This document shows, piece by piece, positions 44,407 through 59,463 of a stretch of 64,000 nt of DNA. The notes under the pieces are model-generated. The model did not search any database. It was not told where the DNA came from and saw only the letters and a list, made by a program, of their open reading frames with translations. Numbering within the stretch: position 1 is the stretch's first letter; every line of letters begins with the position of its first letter. Position numbers and translations under genes: made by a program. Location of the stretch: NCBI GenBank assembly GCA_947260025.1, contig CAMYON010000013.1, positions 20,806 through 84,805 of the forward strand, given 5' to 3'. The stretch is from an uncultured Gammaproteobacteria bacterium (GTDB lineage: Bacteria; Pseudomonadota; Gammaproteobacteria; GCA-001735895).

Positions 44407-46080
44407 ATGTCTGAAAACTTTGCAGAAATGTTTGAGCAAAGCATTACCCAAATGAATATGCGCGTCGGTGAAATAATCACTGGCGAGGTTGTCGATATCA
44501 ACCGGGATGTTGTCATCGTCAACGCGGGCCTCAAGTCCGAGGGTGTTATCCCGGTAGAACAATTTTACGATGAAAACGGCGAACTCGACGTCAAGGTCGG
44601 CGATACGGTCGAGGTTGCGCTGGATTCATTCGAAGACGGCTACGGCGAATCTCGCCTGTCGCGTGAAAAAGCCAAGCGCGCACGCGCCTGGACCCGTCTC
44701 GAGCAGGCCCAGCAGGCCGACGAAATCGTTACCGGTCGCTTTACCGGTAAGGTCAAGGGTGGCTTCACCGTCGATATCGGCGAAATTCGCGCCTTCCTGC
44801 CCGGGTCACTGGTGGACGTGCGTCCGGTGCGCGACACCGCTTATCTCGAAGAAAAAGAACTCGAGTTCAAGATCATCAAGCTCGACCAGAAGCGCAACAA
44901 TGTCGTCGTTTCTCGCCGTGCCGTGGTGGAGAAAGAATTCAGTGAAGAACGCGAAAAGCTGCTGGAAACCCTGAAAGAGGGCGAACGCGTGCGCGGTATC
45001 GTCAAGAACCTGACCGATTATGGTGCTTTCCTCGACCTGGGTGGTATCGACGGTCTGCTCCATATTACCGATATGGCCTGGAAGCGCGTCAAGCACCCGT
45101 CCGAAGTAGTCGAAATCGGGCAGGAAATCGACGTCGTAGTGCTCAAGTTCGACCGTGAAAAGAATCGCGTCTCGCTTGGCCTCAAGCAAATGGGCGACGA
45201 TCCCTGGGAAAATCTGATGCGTCGTTACCCGGAAGGCACGCGCCTTTTCGGTCACGTCAGCAACATCACCGACTACGGCTGTTTCGTCGAAATCGAGGAT
45301 GGCGTCGAAGGCCTGGTCCACGTTTCCGAAATGGACTGGACCAACAAGAACGTCAATCCCAACAAGGTTGTTACCCTCGGCGATGAAGTCGAGGTCGTAA
45401 TCCTCGAAATCGACGAGGAACGTCGGCGTATTTCCCTCGGCATGAAGCAGTGCAAGGCAAATCCCTGGGAAGAATTCGGTACTACCAACAACAAGGGCGA
45501 CATCATTTCCGGCAAGATCAAGTCGATTACCGATTTCGGTATCTTTATCGGGCTGGAAGGAAATATCGATGGCCTGATTCACCTCACCGACCTGTCCTGG
45601 AACAAGCCGGGCGAAGAAGCGGTGCGTGAATATCAAAAGGGACAGGAAGTCGAAGCCATGGTATTGTCGATCGATCCCGAGCGCGAGCGCATCTCGCTGG
45701 GCATCAAACAGATCGAAAAAGATCCGTTCGCCAGCTTTATTGCGGACAAGCCCAAGGGTAGTATTGTGTCTGGCACGGTTGTGTCGGTTGATGCCAAGGC
45801 GGCCGTGGTCGATCTTGGCGATGGCATCGAGGGTCTGTTACGGGCTTCCGAGATGGCCAAGGACCGGGTAGAGGACGCTCGTTCATTTCTTAATGAAGGC
45901 GACCAGATCGAAGCCAAGATAACCGGAATGGATCGTAAGGGTCGTAGTATCTACCTGTCTATCAAAGCCAAGGATAGCGATGAGGAACAGGAAGCGTTGA
46001 AGGATTACGCGGCCAGTAGCGATGCCAAGGCGGCCACTACCAGCTTTGGTGATCTGCTCAAGGAAAAAATGGATTCCTGA
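44407..46080 (+). CDS. rpsA: 30S ribosomal protein S1
   Basis: Six S1 repeats; [11 protein letters not shown]-terminus. Confidence 0.98.
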   Translation: MSENFAEMFEQSITQMNMRVGEIITGEVVDINRDVVIVNAGLKSEGVIPVEQFYDENGELDVKVGDTVEVALDSFEDGYGESRLSREKAKRARAWTRLEQAQQADEIVTGRFTGKVKGGFTVDIGEIRAFLPGSLVDVRPVRDTAYLEEKELEFKIIKLDQKRNNVVVSRRAVVEKEFSEEREKLLETLKEGERVRGIVKNLTDYGAFLDLGGIDGLLHITDMAWKRVKHPSEVVEIGQEIDVVVLKFDREKNRVSLGLKQMGDDPWENLMRRYPEGTRLFGHVSNITDYGCFVEIEDGVEGLVHVSEMDWTNKNVNPNKVVTLGDEVEVVILEIDEERRRISLGMKQCKANPWEEFGTTNNKGDIISGKIKSITDFGIFIGLEGNIDGLIHLTDLSWNKPGEEAVREYQKGQEVEAMVLSIDPERERISLGIKQIEKDPFASFIADKPKGSIVSGTVVSVDAKAAVVDLGDGIEGLLRASEMAKDRVEDARSFLNEGDQIEAKITGMDRKGRSIYLSIKAKDSDEEQEALKDYAASSDAKAATTSFGDLLKEKMDS

Positions 46081-46090
46081 TCCACAATCG

Positions 46091-46113
46091 GGTGGCGGGG
46101 TCGACCCGCCACC
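46091..46113. other. Strong hairpin between rpsA and ihfB
   Basis: GGTGGCGGG-GTCGA-CCCGCCACC with no U-tract. Confidence 0.5.
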
Positions 46114-46163
46114 AATCCAGATTATTGGGCCAAGAGATGAAAGAAACAGAATTTGTACCATCG

Positions 46164-46448
46164 ATGACCAAGTCGGACCTGATCGATAATCTAGCGAGAA
46201 ATCAGGGACACCTGGCTTACAAGGACGTCGAACTGGCGGTAAAAAGTCTGATCGAAATGATGAGTAGCGCTCTGTCAAACGGTGAGCGCATAGAAATCAG
46301 GGGGTTCGGCAGTTTCAGCCTGCATTATCGGCCGCCGAGAACGGGGCGTAATCCGAAGTCGGGTGACAAGGTGGATTTGCCCGGAAAGTACGTGCCGCAT
46401 TTCAAACCGGGGAAGGAGTTGCGCGATCGCGCCAATAATCAGAAATAG
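46164..46448 (+). CDS. ihfB: Integration host factor beta
   Basis: [22 protein letters not shown] and FKPGKELR motifs. Confidence 0.96.
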   Translation: MTKSDLIDNLARNQGHLAYKDVELAVKSLIEMMSSALSNGERIEIRGFGSFSLHYRPPRTGRNPKSGDKVDLPGKYVPHFKPGKELRDRANNQK

Positions 46449-46487
46449 CCTTACTCAAGCCGCCCAGCCGGATACGGTCACTTAATC

Positions 46488-47642
46488 ATGGATATCTGGC
46501 TCTTCCTGTTAGTTCTGGCCGCAATCATCATCGGCTGGTTGCTTGGTCGGTGGCAACCTTTCAGGCGAAAAGCCAGGCAACAACAACCCGATCAATTTTC
46601 CGAGCGTTACGCCAGGGGCTTGAATTACCTGCTGGCGGACGATCCGGATAATGCGATAAAGATATTCACCGACCTGATCGAGGTCAACAAGGACACCATA
46701 GAGATCCATATTGCCCTGGGCAATCTGTTTCGTTCCAAGGGCGAAGTAGATCGCGCCATCAAGGTGCATCAGAACCTGCTGGCGCGACCGAACCTGACTC
46801 GCAAACAACGCCATATGGCCATTGCCGAGTTGGCCAGCGATTACCTCAAGGCCGGGTTGCTCGACCGCGCGGAAAAGCTGTATCGGGAAATGATCGATCT
46901 CGATGCCGACACCAGCCATGCCTATCGACGTTTGCTCGACCTGTATATCACCGAGAAATCCTGGGGCGAAGCGGTCGACTGCGCCGAGGCGCTTTACCAG
47001 ATGGATGAGCCGGAAGCGGACGTCGCCTACGGTCAGTGCCTGTGTGAAATTTCCAGCGAGGCGATCGCCAGTGGCAACTATCGGCTGGCGCGTAAAAATC
47101 TCGATCGTGCAATCGAAGTCGATCCCGATGGCGTGCGGGCGGCGTTATTGCTGATCAAGCTGCATCTGAATACCGAAAATCTCGCCGCGGCAAAAAGAAT
47201 ATTCCAGCGACTGACGCGTGAGAATCCAGATTACATGGGTCTCTATATCGAGCCGGCGCGACAGATCTATCTCAACCGCGAGCCTGACGTTTACAAGGAT
47301 TTTCTGCAGCGGCAATACAAACAGCATCCGTCGACGCGCCTCGCGATTGCCTTGCTCGAGCAATATGCCCGCAATGACGAAATCGAGAAGGCGCGCGAAT
47401 TTCTTTCCGATATATTGCATCAGTCACCGTCATTCGAGGCCTTTGAGTTTGCCCTGCGCTTCCTCAAGTCAAACCCCGATCAGCTCGGCGAGACCTGGGA
47501 AACCCTGTCGACCTTTCTGAAAACGCTGCAGGACAAGAAAATCGAGTATGTTTGCGCCCGTTGTGGCTACGAAAGCCATGCCATACAGTGGCTTTGCCCG
47601 AGCTGCCGCAACTGGGCCTCGATGAAGCAGGTCAAGCTATGA
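46488..47642 (+). CDS. lapB: LPS assembly protein B (TPR plus rubredoxin-like domain)
   Basis: N-terminal [16 protein letters not shown], TPRs and C-terminal CARCG...CPSC. Confidence 0.88.
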   Translation: MDIWLFLLVLAAIIIGWLLGRWQPFRRKARQQQPDQFSERYARGLNYLLADDPDNAIKIFTDLIEVNKDTIEIHIALGNLFRSKGEVDRAIKVHQNLLARPNLTRKQRHMAIAELASDYLKAGLLDRAEKLYREMIDLDADTSHAYRRLLDLYITEKSWGEAVDCAEALYQMDEPEADVAYGQCLCEISSEAIASGNYRLARKNLDRAIEVDPDGVRAALLLIKLHLNTENLAAAKRIFQRLTRENPDYMGLYIEPARQIYLNREPDVYKDFLQRQYKQHPSTRLAIALLEQYARNDEIEKAREFLSDILHQSPSFEAFEFALRFLKSNPDQLGETWETLSTFLKTLQDKKIEYVCARCGYESHAIQWLCPSCRNWASMKQVKL

Positions 47643-48331
47643 ACGATCCCAAAATTATCGTTGCGCTCGACTTCCCGAATCACCAACAGGCTATCGAGTT
47701 TTCACGCAAGACGTCCCCCGACCAGTGCCGCTTGAAGGTCGGCAAGGAATTGTTTACCAGTGCCGGACCGGCCCTGGTCGAAGCGCTGGTCGACAACGGT
47801 TACGATGTATTTCTCGATCTGAAGTTTCACGATATTCCAAATACGGTTGGCAAAGCCGCCACTGCTGCCGCCAAACTGGGCGTCTGGATGTTGAACGTGC
47901 ATGCCCTCGGTGGAGCGGAAATGATGCGGGCCGCACGTGCAGGGATAGAACTAGTTGCACAGCGCCCATTCCTGATCGCGGTTACCGTGCTGACCAGCAT
48001 GTCGCCGCGTGATTTGCAGGGAATCGGCATGCAGATTCCGTTGCCGCAACTAGTCGACCGATTAGCGCAAACTGCCATCGAAAGCGGTCTCGACGGCGTC
48101 GTCTGCTCCGCCCAGGAAGCCCCCGCATTGCGCGCTTCCATCGGCGATGCAGCGCTGCTGGTAACCCCCGGAATTCGTCCCGAATGGGCGGCCGCGAACG
48201 ATCAACGTCGTATCGTGACGCCGCGCCAGGCGCTGGAGAACGGCGCCAGCTATCTGGTGATTGGTCGCCCGATCACCCAGCACCAGGACCCTGCCGAAGC
48301 GCTGAGGCTGATCGCGCAATCGATTTCATAG
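47639..48331 (+). CDS. pyrF: Orotidine-5'-phosphate decarboxylase
   Basis: [18 protein letters not shown] and TPGIR motifs. Confidence 0.96.
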   Translation: MNDPKIIVALDFPNHQQAIEFSRKTSPDQCRLKVGKELFTSAGPALVEALVDNGYDVFLDLKFHDIPNTVGKAATAAAKLGVWMLNVHALGGAEMMRAARAGIELVAQRPFLIAVTVLTSMSPRDLQGIGMQIPLPQLVDRLAQTAIESGLDGVVCSAQEAPALRASIGDAALLVTPGIRPEWAAANDQRRIVTPRQALENGASYLVIGRPITQHQDPAEALRLIAQSIS

Positions 48332-48411
48332 CCAGCAGGGAGCAGGGCTGATGACAGCCATCGGGCGAATCGTTACACTATTGCCAGATTTGATCATTAC
48401 AACGACTATAA

Positions 48412-49371
48412 ATGGATCCCAACTTTCTAGAGTTTGAACAGCCGATCGCCGAGCTTCAGGCTAAAATTTCCGAGCTACGTTATGTCACCGATGACTCTGA
48501 CATAAACATCAGCCAGGAAATCAAAACCCTCGAGCGCAAGGCGGAGTCGTTGACCACGTCGATATTTTCAAAACTTTCGGCATGGCAGATTTCACAACTA
48601 TCGCGGCATCCGAACCGACCTTACTCGGCCGACTATATCGAACGAATCTTTACCGATTTCGAGTACCTGCATGGCGATCGCGCGTTTGCCGACGATTATC
48701 CTGTCGTGGGTGGTGTCGGAAGGCTGGAGGGCAAGCCGGTGATGGTGATCGGGCAGCAGAAGGGGCGCGATACGCGAGAAAAAATCAAGCGTAACTTCGG
48801 CATGCCGCGACCCGAGGGTTACCGTAAGGCGCTGCGCCTGATGAAGATGGCCGAAAAGTTCAAAATGCCCCTGCTGACACTGGTCGACACGCCCGGCGCC
48901 TACCCGGGTATCGGCGCGGAGGAGCGCGGGCAGAGCGAAGCGATTGCGCGCAATCTGTATACCCTGGCCGAGTTAAAAACTCCGATTATCTGTACCGTGA
49001 TCGGTGAAGGCGGATCCGGCGGCGCGCTCGCAATTTGCGTCGGTGATCGAATCAATATGCTGCAGTACGCGACCTATTCGGTAATCTCGCCCGAGGGCTG
49101 CGCGTCGATTTTGTGGAAAAGTGCCGACAAGGCATCGCAGGCGGCCGAGGCGATGGGGATAACTGCCGAGCGCCTGTATTCGCTCAAGTTGATCGACAGT
49201 GTTATCAACGAGCCGCTCGGTGGCGCGCATCGAGACTATGACCAGGTAGCAGACTCGCTCAAACTTAACCTGGTCGAAAGTCTCGAGGCACTGGAATCGA
49301 TGACTATCGACAAGCTACTCGATAAGCGTTATCAGAAGCTGATGGCGTTTGGCAAGTACCGGGAAAGCTGA
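48412..49371 (+). CDS. accA: Acetyl-CoA carboxylase carboxyltransferase alpha
   Basis: [16 protein letters not shown] and GEGGSGGA motifs. Confidence 0.97.
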   Translation: MDPNFLEFEQPIAELQAKISELRYVTDDSDINISQEIKTLERKAESLTTSIFSKLSAWQISQLSRHPNRPYSADYIERIFTDFEYLHGDRAFADDYPVVGGVGRLEGKPVMVIGQQKGRDTREKIKRNFGMPRPEGYRKALRLMKMAEKFKMPLLTLVDTPGAYPGIGAEERGQSEAIARNLYTLAELKTPIICTVIGEGGSGGALAICVGDRINMLQYATYSVISPEGCASILWKSADKASQAAEAMGITAERLYSLKLIDSVINEPLGGAHRDYDQVADSLKLNLVESLEALESMTIDKLLDKRYQKLMAFGKYRES

Positions 49372-49394
49372 CAGGATCACTGCATACCAGCCAC

Positions 49395-50612
49395 ATGCGA
49401 TCATGCCTGGAATCGATTCCTGACGATAGCAGTCGCGTATTCGTGGCCTACAGCGGTGGCCTCGATTCCAGCGTATTGCTGCACCTGCTGCTATCGACCG
49501 AGCGAGAATACGAAATCCTGCCCTGGCACATCAATCATGGCCTGGTTGATAACGCCTTGCAGATGGAACAATTCTGTATTCAGCAGGCGCAGGCTTATGG
49601 CCTCGAAATCCGCGTCGATCGACTCGACCTGGCGAACGTCGACAGCAATATCGAGGCGGTCGCGCGTCGTCAGCGTTACCGCCTGTTCGAAGAAAACACG
49701 CAAGCTGGCGATTGCATCCTGACCGCCCATCATGCCGATGATCAGGCCGAAACCTTTTTGATGAATGCGTTACGTGGTTCGGGAGTTGCCGGGCTGCGCG
49801 GTATTGCCGGGCAGCGACGTCTGGGTTCGTCCCTGTTATTGCGTCCGCTACTGGGATTTAGTCGTGAGCAGCTGGAGGATTATGCAAATCGGCACGAAGT
49901 GGCCTGGTTTAACGATCCCAGTAACCAAAATCCGAGATTCGACCGCAATTACCTGCGCCGCGAGATCGTGCCGTTAATCAAGCAGCGCTGGCCGGGGTAT
50001 CAGGACGCGCTGTCGACAAGTAGCGAGATACAGTCCGAGACGCAGGCCTTACTCGATGAAATCGGATCGCAGGACTATCAGCATCTGCGTATCCCGGATC
50101 GTGGCAAAATCGATCGACTGGATATCGGTGCGATGATGCAACTGTCATTGCCGCGTCGCAAGAACCTGGTTCGGTACTGGATTACAACCGCCGGGCTGCC
50201 GCCGCCGCCGTTTAGCCGCTTGCGGGAGACGATGCAACAACTACAAGCTCGACCCGACGCCATGCCCAAGATTGTTATGTCGGGCTACTCGCTAAGGATA
50301 TACGATCGGCAGCTTTTCCTGGTGCTCGAACGTGCCCGCGATAAATGCGGTGGTGCGTTCGAATTCGGTCAGCATGAAAAGATCGAGATTCCGCAGCTGG
50401 ATTTACGGTTGAGCCGCAAGGAGATATTGCGGCGGCTCGGTGTCGCCGATAAAAACCAGTCTTTGACGCTTAAGTTTCGGCAACGGGGCGAGCAAAACGA
50501 GGATGGCCATCGGCTCAAGCGGTTATTTCAGCAGCATCGAGTGCCGCCCTGGGAGCGCGATTCTACCGCGCAGCTTTATCTCGACGGTCGGCTCGAGGAC
50601 TTGCTGCTATGA
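49395..50612 (+). CDS. tilS: tRNA(Ile)-lysidine synthetase
   Basis: AYSGGLDS, AHHADDQAET and DRNYLR motifs. Confidence 0.93.
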   Translation: MRSCLESIPDDSSRVFVAYSGGLDSSVLLHLLLSTEREYEILPWHINHGLVDNALQMEQFCIQQAQAYGLEIRVDRLDLANVDSNIEAVARRQRYRLFEENTQAGDCILTAHHADDQAETFLMNALRGSGVAGLRGIAGQRRLGSSLLLRPLLGFSREQLEDYANRHEVAWFNDPSNQNPRFDRNYLRREIVPLIKQRWPGYQDALSTSSEIQSETQALLDEIGSQDYQHLRIPDRGKIDRLDIGAMMQLSLPRRKNLVRYWITTAGLPPPPFSRLRETMQQLQARPDAMPKIVMSGYSLRIYDRQLFLVLERARDKCGGAFEFGQHEKIEIPQLDLRLSRKEILRRLGVADKNQSLTLKFRQRGEQNEDGHRLKRLFQQHRVPPWERDSTAQLYLDGRLEDLLL

Positions 50613-51340
50613 GTGGGGATGACAACAGGGACCGCATATTCTCGCGGCGCCTGAGCGAGGTCAAGGCCTTCGAGTTCAACGAAACCGTCGCCGGCGTATT
50701 CCAGGATATGATTTCACGCTCGGTCCCGGGTTACTCCCTGTTAATGCGTATGATCGGCCTCTATGCCGATATTTTTGTCACGCCCGCAAGCCGCGTCTAC
50801 GATCTGGGCTGCTCGCTGGGAGAAGCCAGCCTGTTGATCTCGGACCAGGCGCGCGATACCGGTTGCCGGATTATCGCGGTCGATAATTCGGCAGCAATGA
50901 TCGAAAAATGCCGGCAACACCCCCCGGGTGCCACTGAGATCGAGTGGTGCCGAGGGGATATTCGTCATACCGAGATCGAGAATGCCTCGATGGTGGTTTT
51001 AAACCTTACCCTGCAGTTTCTCCAGCCGGAAGAGCGGCCGGCGCTGCTGCAGCGAATCTTTGCCGGGTTGAATCCGGGCGGAGTCCTGGTGTTGTCCGAA
51101 AAGATCGTATTCGATGATCCGGCCGAAAACGAACGTATGACCCAACTCTACCAGGGTTTCAAAAAAACCATGGGATATAGTGATCTCGAGATTAGCCAGA
51201 AACGCAATGCGCTGGAAAACGTGTTAATCCCGGATAGCGACCAGCAGCACCGCCGGCGACTCGAAGCGATCGGCTTCAACGAAGTCTACCAGTGTTTCAG
51301 GGGATTCAATTTCGTCTCGTACCTGGCAATCAAGGCGTGA
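50609..51340 (+). CDS. cmoA: Carboxy-SAM synthase
   Basis: DMISRSVPGY, YDLGCSLG and EISQKRNALENV motifs. Confidence 0.92.
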   Translation: MSGDDNRDRIFSRRLSEVKAFEFNETVAGVFQDMISRSVPGYSLLMRMIGLYADIFVTPASRVYDLGCSLGEASLLISDQARDTGCRIIAVDNSAAMIEKCRQHPPGATEIEWCRGDIRHTEIENASMVVLNLTLQFLQPEERPALLQRIFAGLNPGGVLVLSEKIVFDDPAENERMTQLYQGFKKTMGYSDLEISQKRNALENVLIPDSDQQHRRRLEAIGFNEVYQCFRGFNFVSYLAIKA

Positions 51341-52296
51341 ACTGGGATCGGCTGTTTGATCTTCTGCGAAGGCACGGACTGAATTACTGGGCCGACGAAC
51401 TGCGGGCGCGAAGCGATCAATGGCTGGTTAACCACGGCGATTATCGGCGCTGGAAAAAAGCGCTGGATGCGTTGCCACCACTGGAAAATGCGCAAGCCTG
51501 TTTTGACCTGCCGGCGGTCACCGTGAGCAGCCTTTGCCTGGATAACGCGGTGCTGCGCGACGCGCTGCTGGGATTAATGCCATGGCGCAAGGGACCCTAC
51601 CAGATAGCGGATGTTTACATCGACAGCGAATGGCGCTCCGACTTGAAGTGGGAGCGGGTGCTGCCCCACCTGGCGCCACTGCGGGATCGGCGCGTTCTCG
51701 ACATAGGTTGTGGTAACGGTTATCACTGCTGGCGCATGCTGGCGCAATCACCGGCAGTAGTACTCGGAATCGAACCTTCGGTGCTGTTCAACCTGCAATT
51801 TGCGGCGTTGCAAAAGTACCTGCAGCGGGACGATATACACCTGCTACCGATCGGCGTCGAGGATATGCCCGAGAAACTGGGCTGGTTTGACAGCGTGTTT
51901 TCGATGGGCGTCTTGTACCATCGCAAAAGCCCTGTCGACCATCTTTACCAGCTTAAGGATTTTCTTGTCCCCGGGGGCGAGTTGTGTCTCGAAACCCTCG
52001 TCATCGAGGGGCCGGCGGGCAGATTGCTGTTGCCGCAGGCACGCTACGCGCGTATGCGCAACGTCTGGTTCATTCCGTCGTCGCAGGAGCTTGTCGGCTG
52101 GTTGCAGCGCTGTGGTTTCGTCAATGTCAGGGTTGTCGACGAATCGGTAACCAGTACCGAGGAGCAGCGCGCCACCGAGTGGATGCAGTTCGAATCTCTC
52201 GAACAGTGCCTGGATCGAAACAATCCTGCGCTGACGGTTGAGGGCTTACCGGCGCCTCGGCGCGCCGTGGTGCTGGCCGAAAGGCCGGCGAGTTAA
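51337..52296 (+). CDS. cmoB: tRNA U34 carboxymethyltransferase
   Basis: PWRKGP, IDSEWRSD, SMGVLYH and RYARMRNVWF motifs; GTG start at 51337. Confidence 0.92.
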   Translation: MNWDRLFDLLRRHGLNYWADELRARSDQWLVNHGDYRRWKKALDALPPLENAQACFDLPAVTVSSLCLDNAVLRDALLGLMPWRKGPYQIADVYIDSEWRSDLKWERVLPHLAPLRDRRVLDIGCGNGYHCWRMLAQSPAVVLGIEPSVLFNLQFAALQKYLQRDDIHLLPIGVEDMPEKLGWFDSVFSMGVLYHRKSPVDHLYQLKDFLVPGGELCLETLVIEGPAGRLLLPQARYARMRNVWFIPSSQELVGWLQRCGFVNVRVVDESVTSTEEQRATEWMQFESLEQCLDRNNPALTVEGLPAPRRAVVLAERPAS

Positions 52297-53597
52297 TCCA
52301 TGGGGACGTACACGACCCGGTTGCGGCCTCCGTCTTTAGCCGCATAAACGCCTTTGTCCCCGGCGTGGAACATGTCTTCGAAATCTCCTTTGGAGCCGAC
52401 TTCCAACGTGGTGACGCCGATACTCGTCGTTACATCGAGTCCGTTTGGCTTGAGATCTTCGAGCGCCTGGCGCACAGATTCGGCCTTTTGACGGGCACCT
52501 TCGGCATCACAGTGAGTCATTAGCACGACGAACTCTTCGCCACCATAACGCACCACCAGGTCACCTTCGCGAAAACTTTGGCTCAACATCGCTCCGGTTA
52601 ACTGCAGTACCACGTCGCCAACGGCATGACCATGATTATCATTGATGGCTTTGAAATGATCGAGATCGATAACCAGCATACTGACTGGATACTCGTGGCG
52701 TTTGGCCGTTGCAATAAATTTTCCGGAAAACTCAATCAGGCTGTGGCGGTTGTGGCAGCCGGTCAGCTTGTCGACAGTAGCCAGGGCGAACAGTTCGCGC
52801 CGGATATCATGTACCTTGTCGAGCAGGCGCTTGTTGGTTATCAGGTTACCGATGCGCACCAGTAGTTCCTGATGCAGGATAGGTTTCGTCAGGAAATCGT
52901 TGACGCCAAGCTGGTAAAGCGCGATGCGCCGATGATCGTTGTTGTCGCCAGTAACGGCAATAATCGGGATAAATCCGCGGCCATCCTCGTATGAGCGGAT
53001 GCAGGTAACCAGGTCTTCACCTTCCAGCTCACCATCGAGATCGAGCCCGGTAATTGCGAGGTCATAAGCGTCGGTATGCGAACCGTAAACGGTTACCGAA
53101 TCAAACTCCTTACAGGCATCTTCGACCGTGGTAAAATGTGACACCTGGTAGCCGGTTTGCTTTAAATCGCTCAAAATCTCCGCCGCTACCTCCGCATCGT
53201 CCTCGACGAACAGGATGCGCCCCTCGTAAAATATCGGGTCCAGGTGCAGGTCGACAAAATGGACGATCTGGTCTTCGATCTGGTGCTCGTTCAGCTCGTG
53301 AATCACGCTGTCGACCCTGACCTCGAGGTCTTCCACCTTAAGTTCCTTGTCTTCGGTCAGGAACAGGATCGGCGTTTCCTGATGGCGTTGATGCTGGTTG
53401 CAATAGGCGACGAATTCCTCGCCGCTGCCGTCCTTCAGCGCCTGGTTAACACATATAATGTCATAGGGCTCGGAATCGACGCAGGTTCGAGCAGTCTCGA
53501 TACTGTCACCGCTGTCGGTGGTAAAGCCCTGCTCGGCCAGGGTATGCTCCAACAGGTCGCGATAAGCCTGGTTGTTTTCGATTACTAGTGCGCGCAT
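52293..53597 (-). CDS. PleD-like diguanylate cyclase (REC-REC-GGDEF)
   Basis: DKLTG, DLDHFKAIND, RxxD I-site (REGD) and RYGGEEF. Both REC domains lack the phosphoacceptor Asp. Confidence 0.85.
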   Translation of the reverse strand: MRALVIENNQAYRDLLEHTLAEQGFTTDSGDSIETARTCVDSEPYDIICVNQALKDGSGEEFVAYCNQHQRHQETPILFLTEDKELKVEDLEVRVDSVIHELNEHQIEDQIVHFVDLHLDPIFYEGRILFVEDDAEVAAEILSDLKQTGYQVSHFTTVEDACKEFDSVTVYGSHTDAYDLAITGLDLDGELEGEDLVTCIRSYEDGRGFIPIIAVTGDNNDHRRIALYQLGVNDFLTKPILHQELLVRIGNLITNKRLLDKVHDIRRELFALATVDKLTGCHNRHSLIEFSGKFIATAKRHEYPVSMLVIDLDHFKAINDNHGHAVGDVVLQLTGAMLSQSFREGDLVVRYGGEEFVVLMTHCDAEGARQKAESVRQALEDLKPNGLDVTTSIGVTTLEVGSKGDFEDMFHAGDKGVYAAKDGGRNRVVYVPMD

Positions 53598-53652
53598 GAT
53601 CGTAATTAATGACAAGCCTTAATTGTTTTTAGCTATCGGCGATAATTTCTAA

Positions 53653-57555
<3,903 letters not shown>

Positions 57556-57573
57556 CAGCATTACAATGCACCG

Positions 57574-57870
57574 ATGAAGATTCTGCTGGCAATACTGATC
57601 CTGATTCTCTTCGTTTTGCAATACAAGTTATGGTTTGGAGACGGCAGTCTGTCGGAAGTGGTGCAATTGTCGCGTGAGCTCGAGATCCAGAAGAGCAAGT
57701 TACGCGACCTCGAGGCGCGCAACAAGATTCTCGAGGCCCAGGTGCTTGATCTGCAAAACGGCCTCGACGCGTTCGAGGAAAAGGCGCGTAACGACCTCGG
57801 AATGATCAAGCGGGGAGAAACCTTCATCCAGTTGATCCCGCAAGAGGCTGATGGCGGTAATGCACAATAG
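57574..57870 (+). CDS. ftsB: Cell division protein FtsB
   Basis: TM, LQYKLWFGDG, coiled coil and EEKARNDLGMIK; eno-ftsB-ispD synteny. Confidence 0.92.
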   Translation: MKILLAILILILFVLQYKLWFGDGSLSEVVQLSRELEIQKSKLRDLEARNKILEAQVLDLQNGLDAFEEKARNDLGMIKRGETFIQLIPQEADGGNAQ

Positions 57871-58567
57871 CGTTCCGGTCTGGGCCGTAATACCGGCTGC
57901 CGGCAGTGGCAGTCGCATGCTCAGTGACACGCCCAAGCAGTACCTTTCGTTCCAGGGAAAAACCGTTATCGAGCACAGCCTCGACCGGCTGCTGTCGCAT
58001 CCAGAAATAGATGGCGCAGTCGTCGTGCTGCAGGAGCATGATCCTTTATGGGAACAACTCTCGTATGAATCCAGCAAGCCGCTTTTCACCAGTGCAGGCG
58101 GACGTGAGCGTCACCTTTCGGTTTATAGCGGTTTAACCACGCTGCAGTACCGATTCGGTAATGACGCTATTGCCCTGGTGCATGACGCGGTGCGGCCGCT
58201 GGTGTCACATCAGGATCTAACCAGGGTAATCCACGCCGCCCGGAAGCATCCGGCAGGGGCCTTGCTGGCGGCACCGGTGGCGGATACGCTGAAACTGGAT
58301 AATTACAACATGGAGGTGGCAAACACGTTGCCGAGAGAACGCCTGTGGCGCGCGTTGACACCGCAGGTGTTCCACCTGCAGCCCTTGCTCAATGCCCTCA
58401 AACAGGTGATCGAGCAAAATCTGGAGGTAACCGACGACGCGCAGGCGCTGGAGCTTGCGGGTTACGCGCCGAAACTGGTGGAGGGTAGTGCCGATAACAT
58501 CAAGATCACGACGCCCGCCGATCTCAGTCTCGCTGAAATGATCTGGTTAAACCAGCGCGATCAGTAA
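57860..58567 (+). CDS. ispD: 2-C-methyl-D-erythritol 4-phosphate cytidylyltransferase
   Basis: IPAAGSGSRM, PKQY, VHDAVRP and NIKIT motifs. Confidence 0.93.
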   Translation: MHNSVPVWAVIPAAGSGSRMLSDTPKQYLSFQGKTVIEHSLDRLLSHPEIDGAVVVLQEHDPLWEQLSYESSKPLFTSAGGRERHLSVYSGLTTLQYRFGNDAIALVHDAVRPLVSHQDLTRVIHAARKHPAGALLAAPVADTLKLDNYNMEVANTLPRERLWRALTPQVFHLQPLLNALKQVIEQNLEVTDDAQALELAGYAPKLVEGSADNIKITTPADLSLAEMIWLNQRDQ

Positions 58568-58726
58568 GATGATAAACAGTACCACGGCGGCCATCGGCAG
58601 GATAAATCCCATCCACTCCTTCATAGTTCCTTTGGGAGAATTTTCGATGGTCTGCTTGGCGCGAGGAAACAGATAAATCAGCATCGCTCCCATCAAAACC
58701 GCGGAACCAATTTTAATCCAATCCAT
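58547..58726 (-). CDS. Small two-TM membrane protein (59 aa), absent from the ORF track
   Basis: Manual translation: MDWIKIGSAVLMGAMLIYLFPRAKQTIENSPKGTMKEWMGFILPMAAVVLFIILLIALV*. A GAG lies upstream and the ORF fills the gap between ispD and the yccA terminator. Confidence 0.7.
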   Translation of the reverse strand: MDWIKIGSAVLMGAMLIYLFPRAKQTIENSPKGTMKEWMGFILPMAAVVLFIILLIALV

Positions 58727-58748
58727 AAATATCTCGTTTGCGCTGTCT

Positions 58749-58777
58749 AAAAAATAAGCCCCGCGAACGGGGCTTAT
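58749..58777 (-). terminator. Rho-independent terminator of the yccA-like gene
   Basis: Minus strand ATAAGCCCCG-TTCG-CGGGGCTTAT-TTTTT. Confidence 0.8.
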
Positions 58778-58803
58778 CCAGCTTAGTCACCAACCGTTCT
58801 GGT

Positions 58804-59463
58804 TTAATCGTTGCTGAAAGCACCGAGAAGGTGCAGCAACGCCTGGAACATGTTCAGGATCGACAGAAACAGGCCAGCGGTCGCCATGATGTAGTTGGTT
58901 TGACCACCATGGATCAAGGTCGAGGTTTCCCACAGGATGAATGCGCTCATGATCATCACGATAGCGGCGTTGACGGCCAGGAACAGGGCAGGGATACCCA
59001 GGAAGATGTTTAAAATCGCGGCCCCGAGCACGACCAGCATTCCCACCATGACGAAACCACCGAGGAAGCTGAAGTCCTTGCGCGTGGTCAGCGCGTACCC
59101 TGACAACCCGAGGAAGATAACACCGGTACCGCCGAGGGCTGACATCACGATGCTCGGATTCACCGACAGGTAGTAACTTAGCACGGGGCCGAGGCCAAAT
59201 CCCAGCAAGCCAGTGAAGGCAAAGATAACCGGAATGCCGGCGCCGGTATTGGCGGTTTTAGGTAATACGAACCAGAGTATTACGATCGCGGCAATGGTGG
59301 CAATCAGTGCAGTGCCTTGCCCGATTCCGGAAACAACGGCCAGGAAAGCGGTAAAGCCGCTAAAAATCAGCGTCATCGACAACAAGATATAGGTATTCCT
59401 GATAACTTTGTTGGTCTGCAGAATCGCTTCTTGTGGGCGGGTTACAGCAGTATTCATTTGCAT
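58804..59463 (-). CDS. yccA: Bax inhibitor-1/YccA family membrane protein
   Basis: TNKVIRNTY, FTGLLG, TRKDFSFLGG and GGQTNYI motifs; divergent from tRNA-Ser(UGA). Start ATG 59463 has a GGAG RBS. Confidence 0.88.
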   Translation of the reverse strand: MQMNTAVTRPQEAILQTNKVIRNTYILLSMTLIFSGFTAFLAVVSGIGQGTALIATIAAIVILWFVLPKTANTGAGIPVIFAFTGLLGFGLGPVLSYYLSVNPSIVMSALGGTGVIFLGLSGYALTTRKDFSFLGGFVMVGMLVVLGAAILNIFLGIPALFLAVNAAIVMIMSAFILWETSTLIHGGQTNYIMATAGLFLSILNMFQALLHLLGAFSND

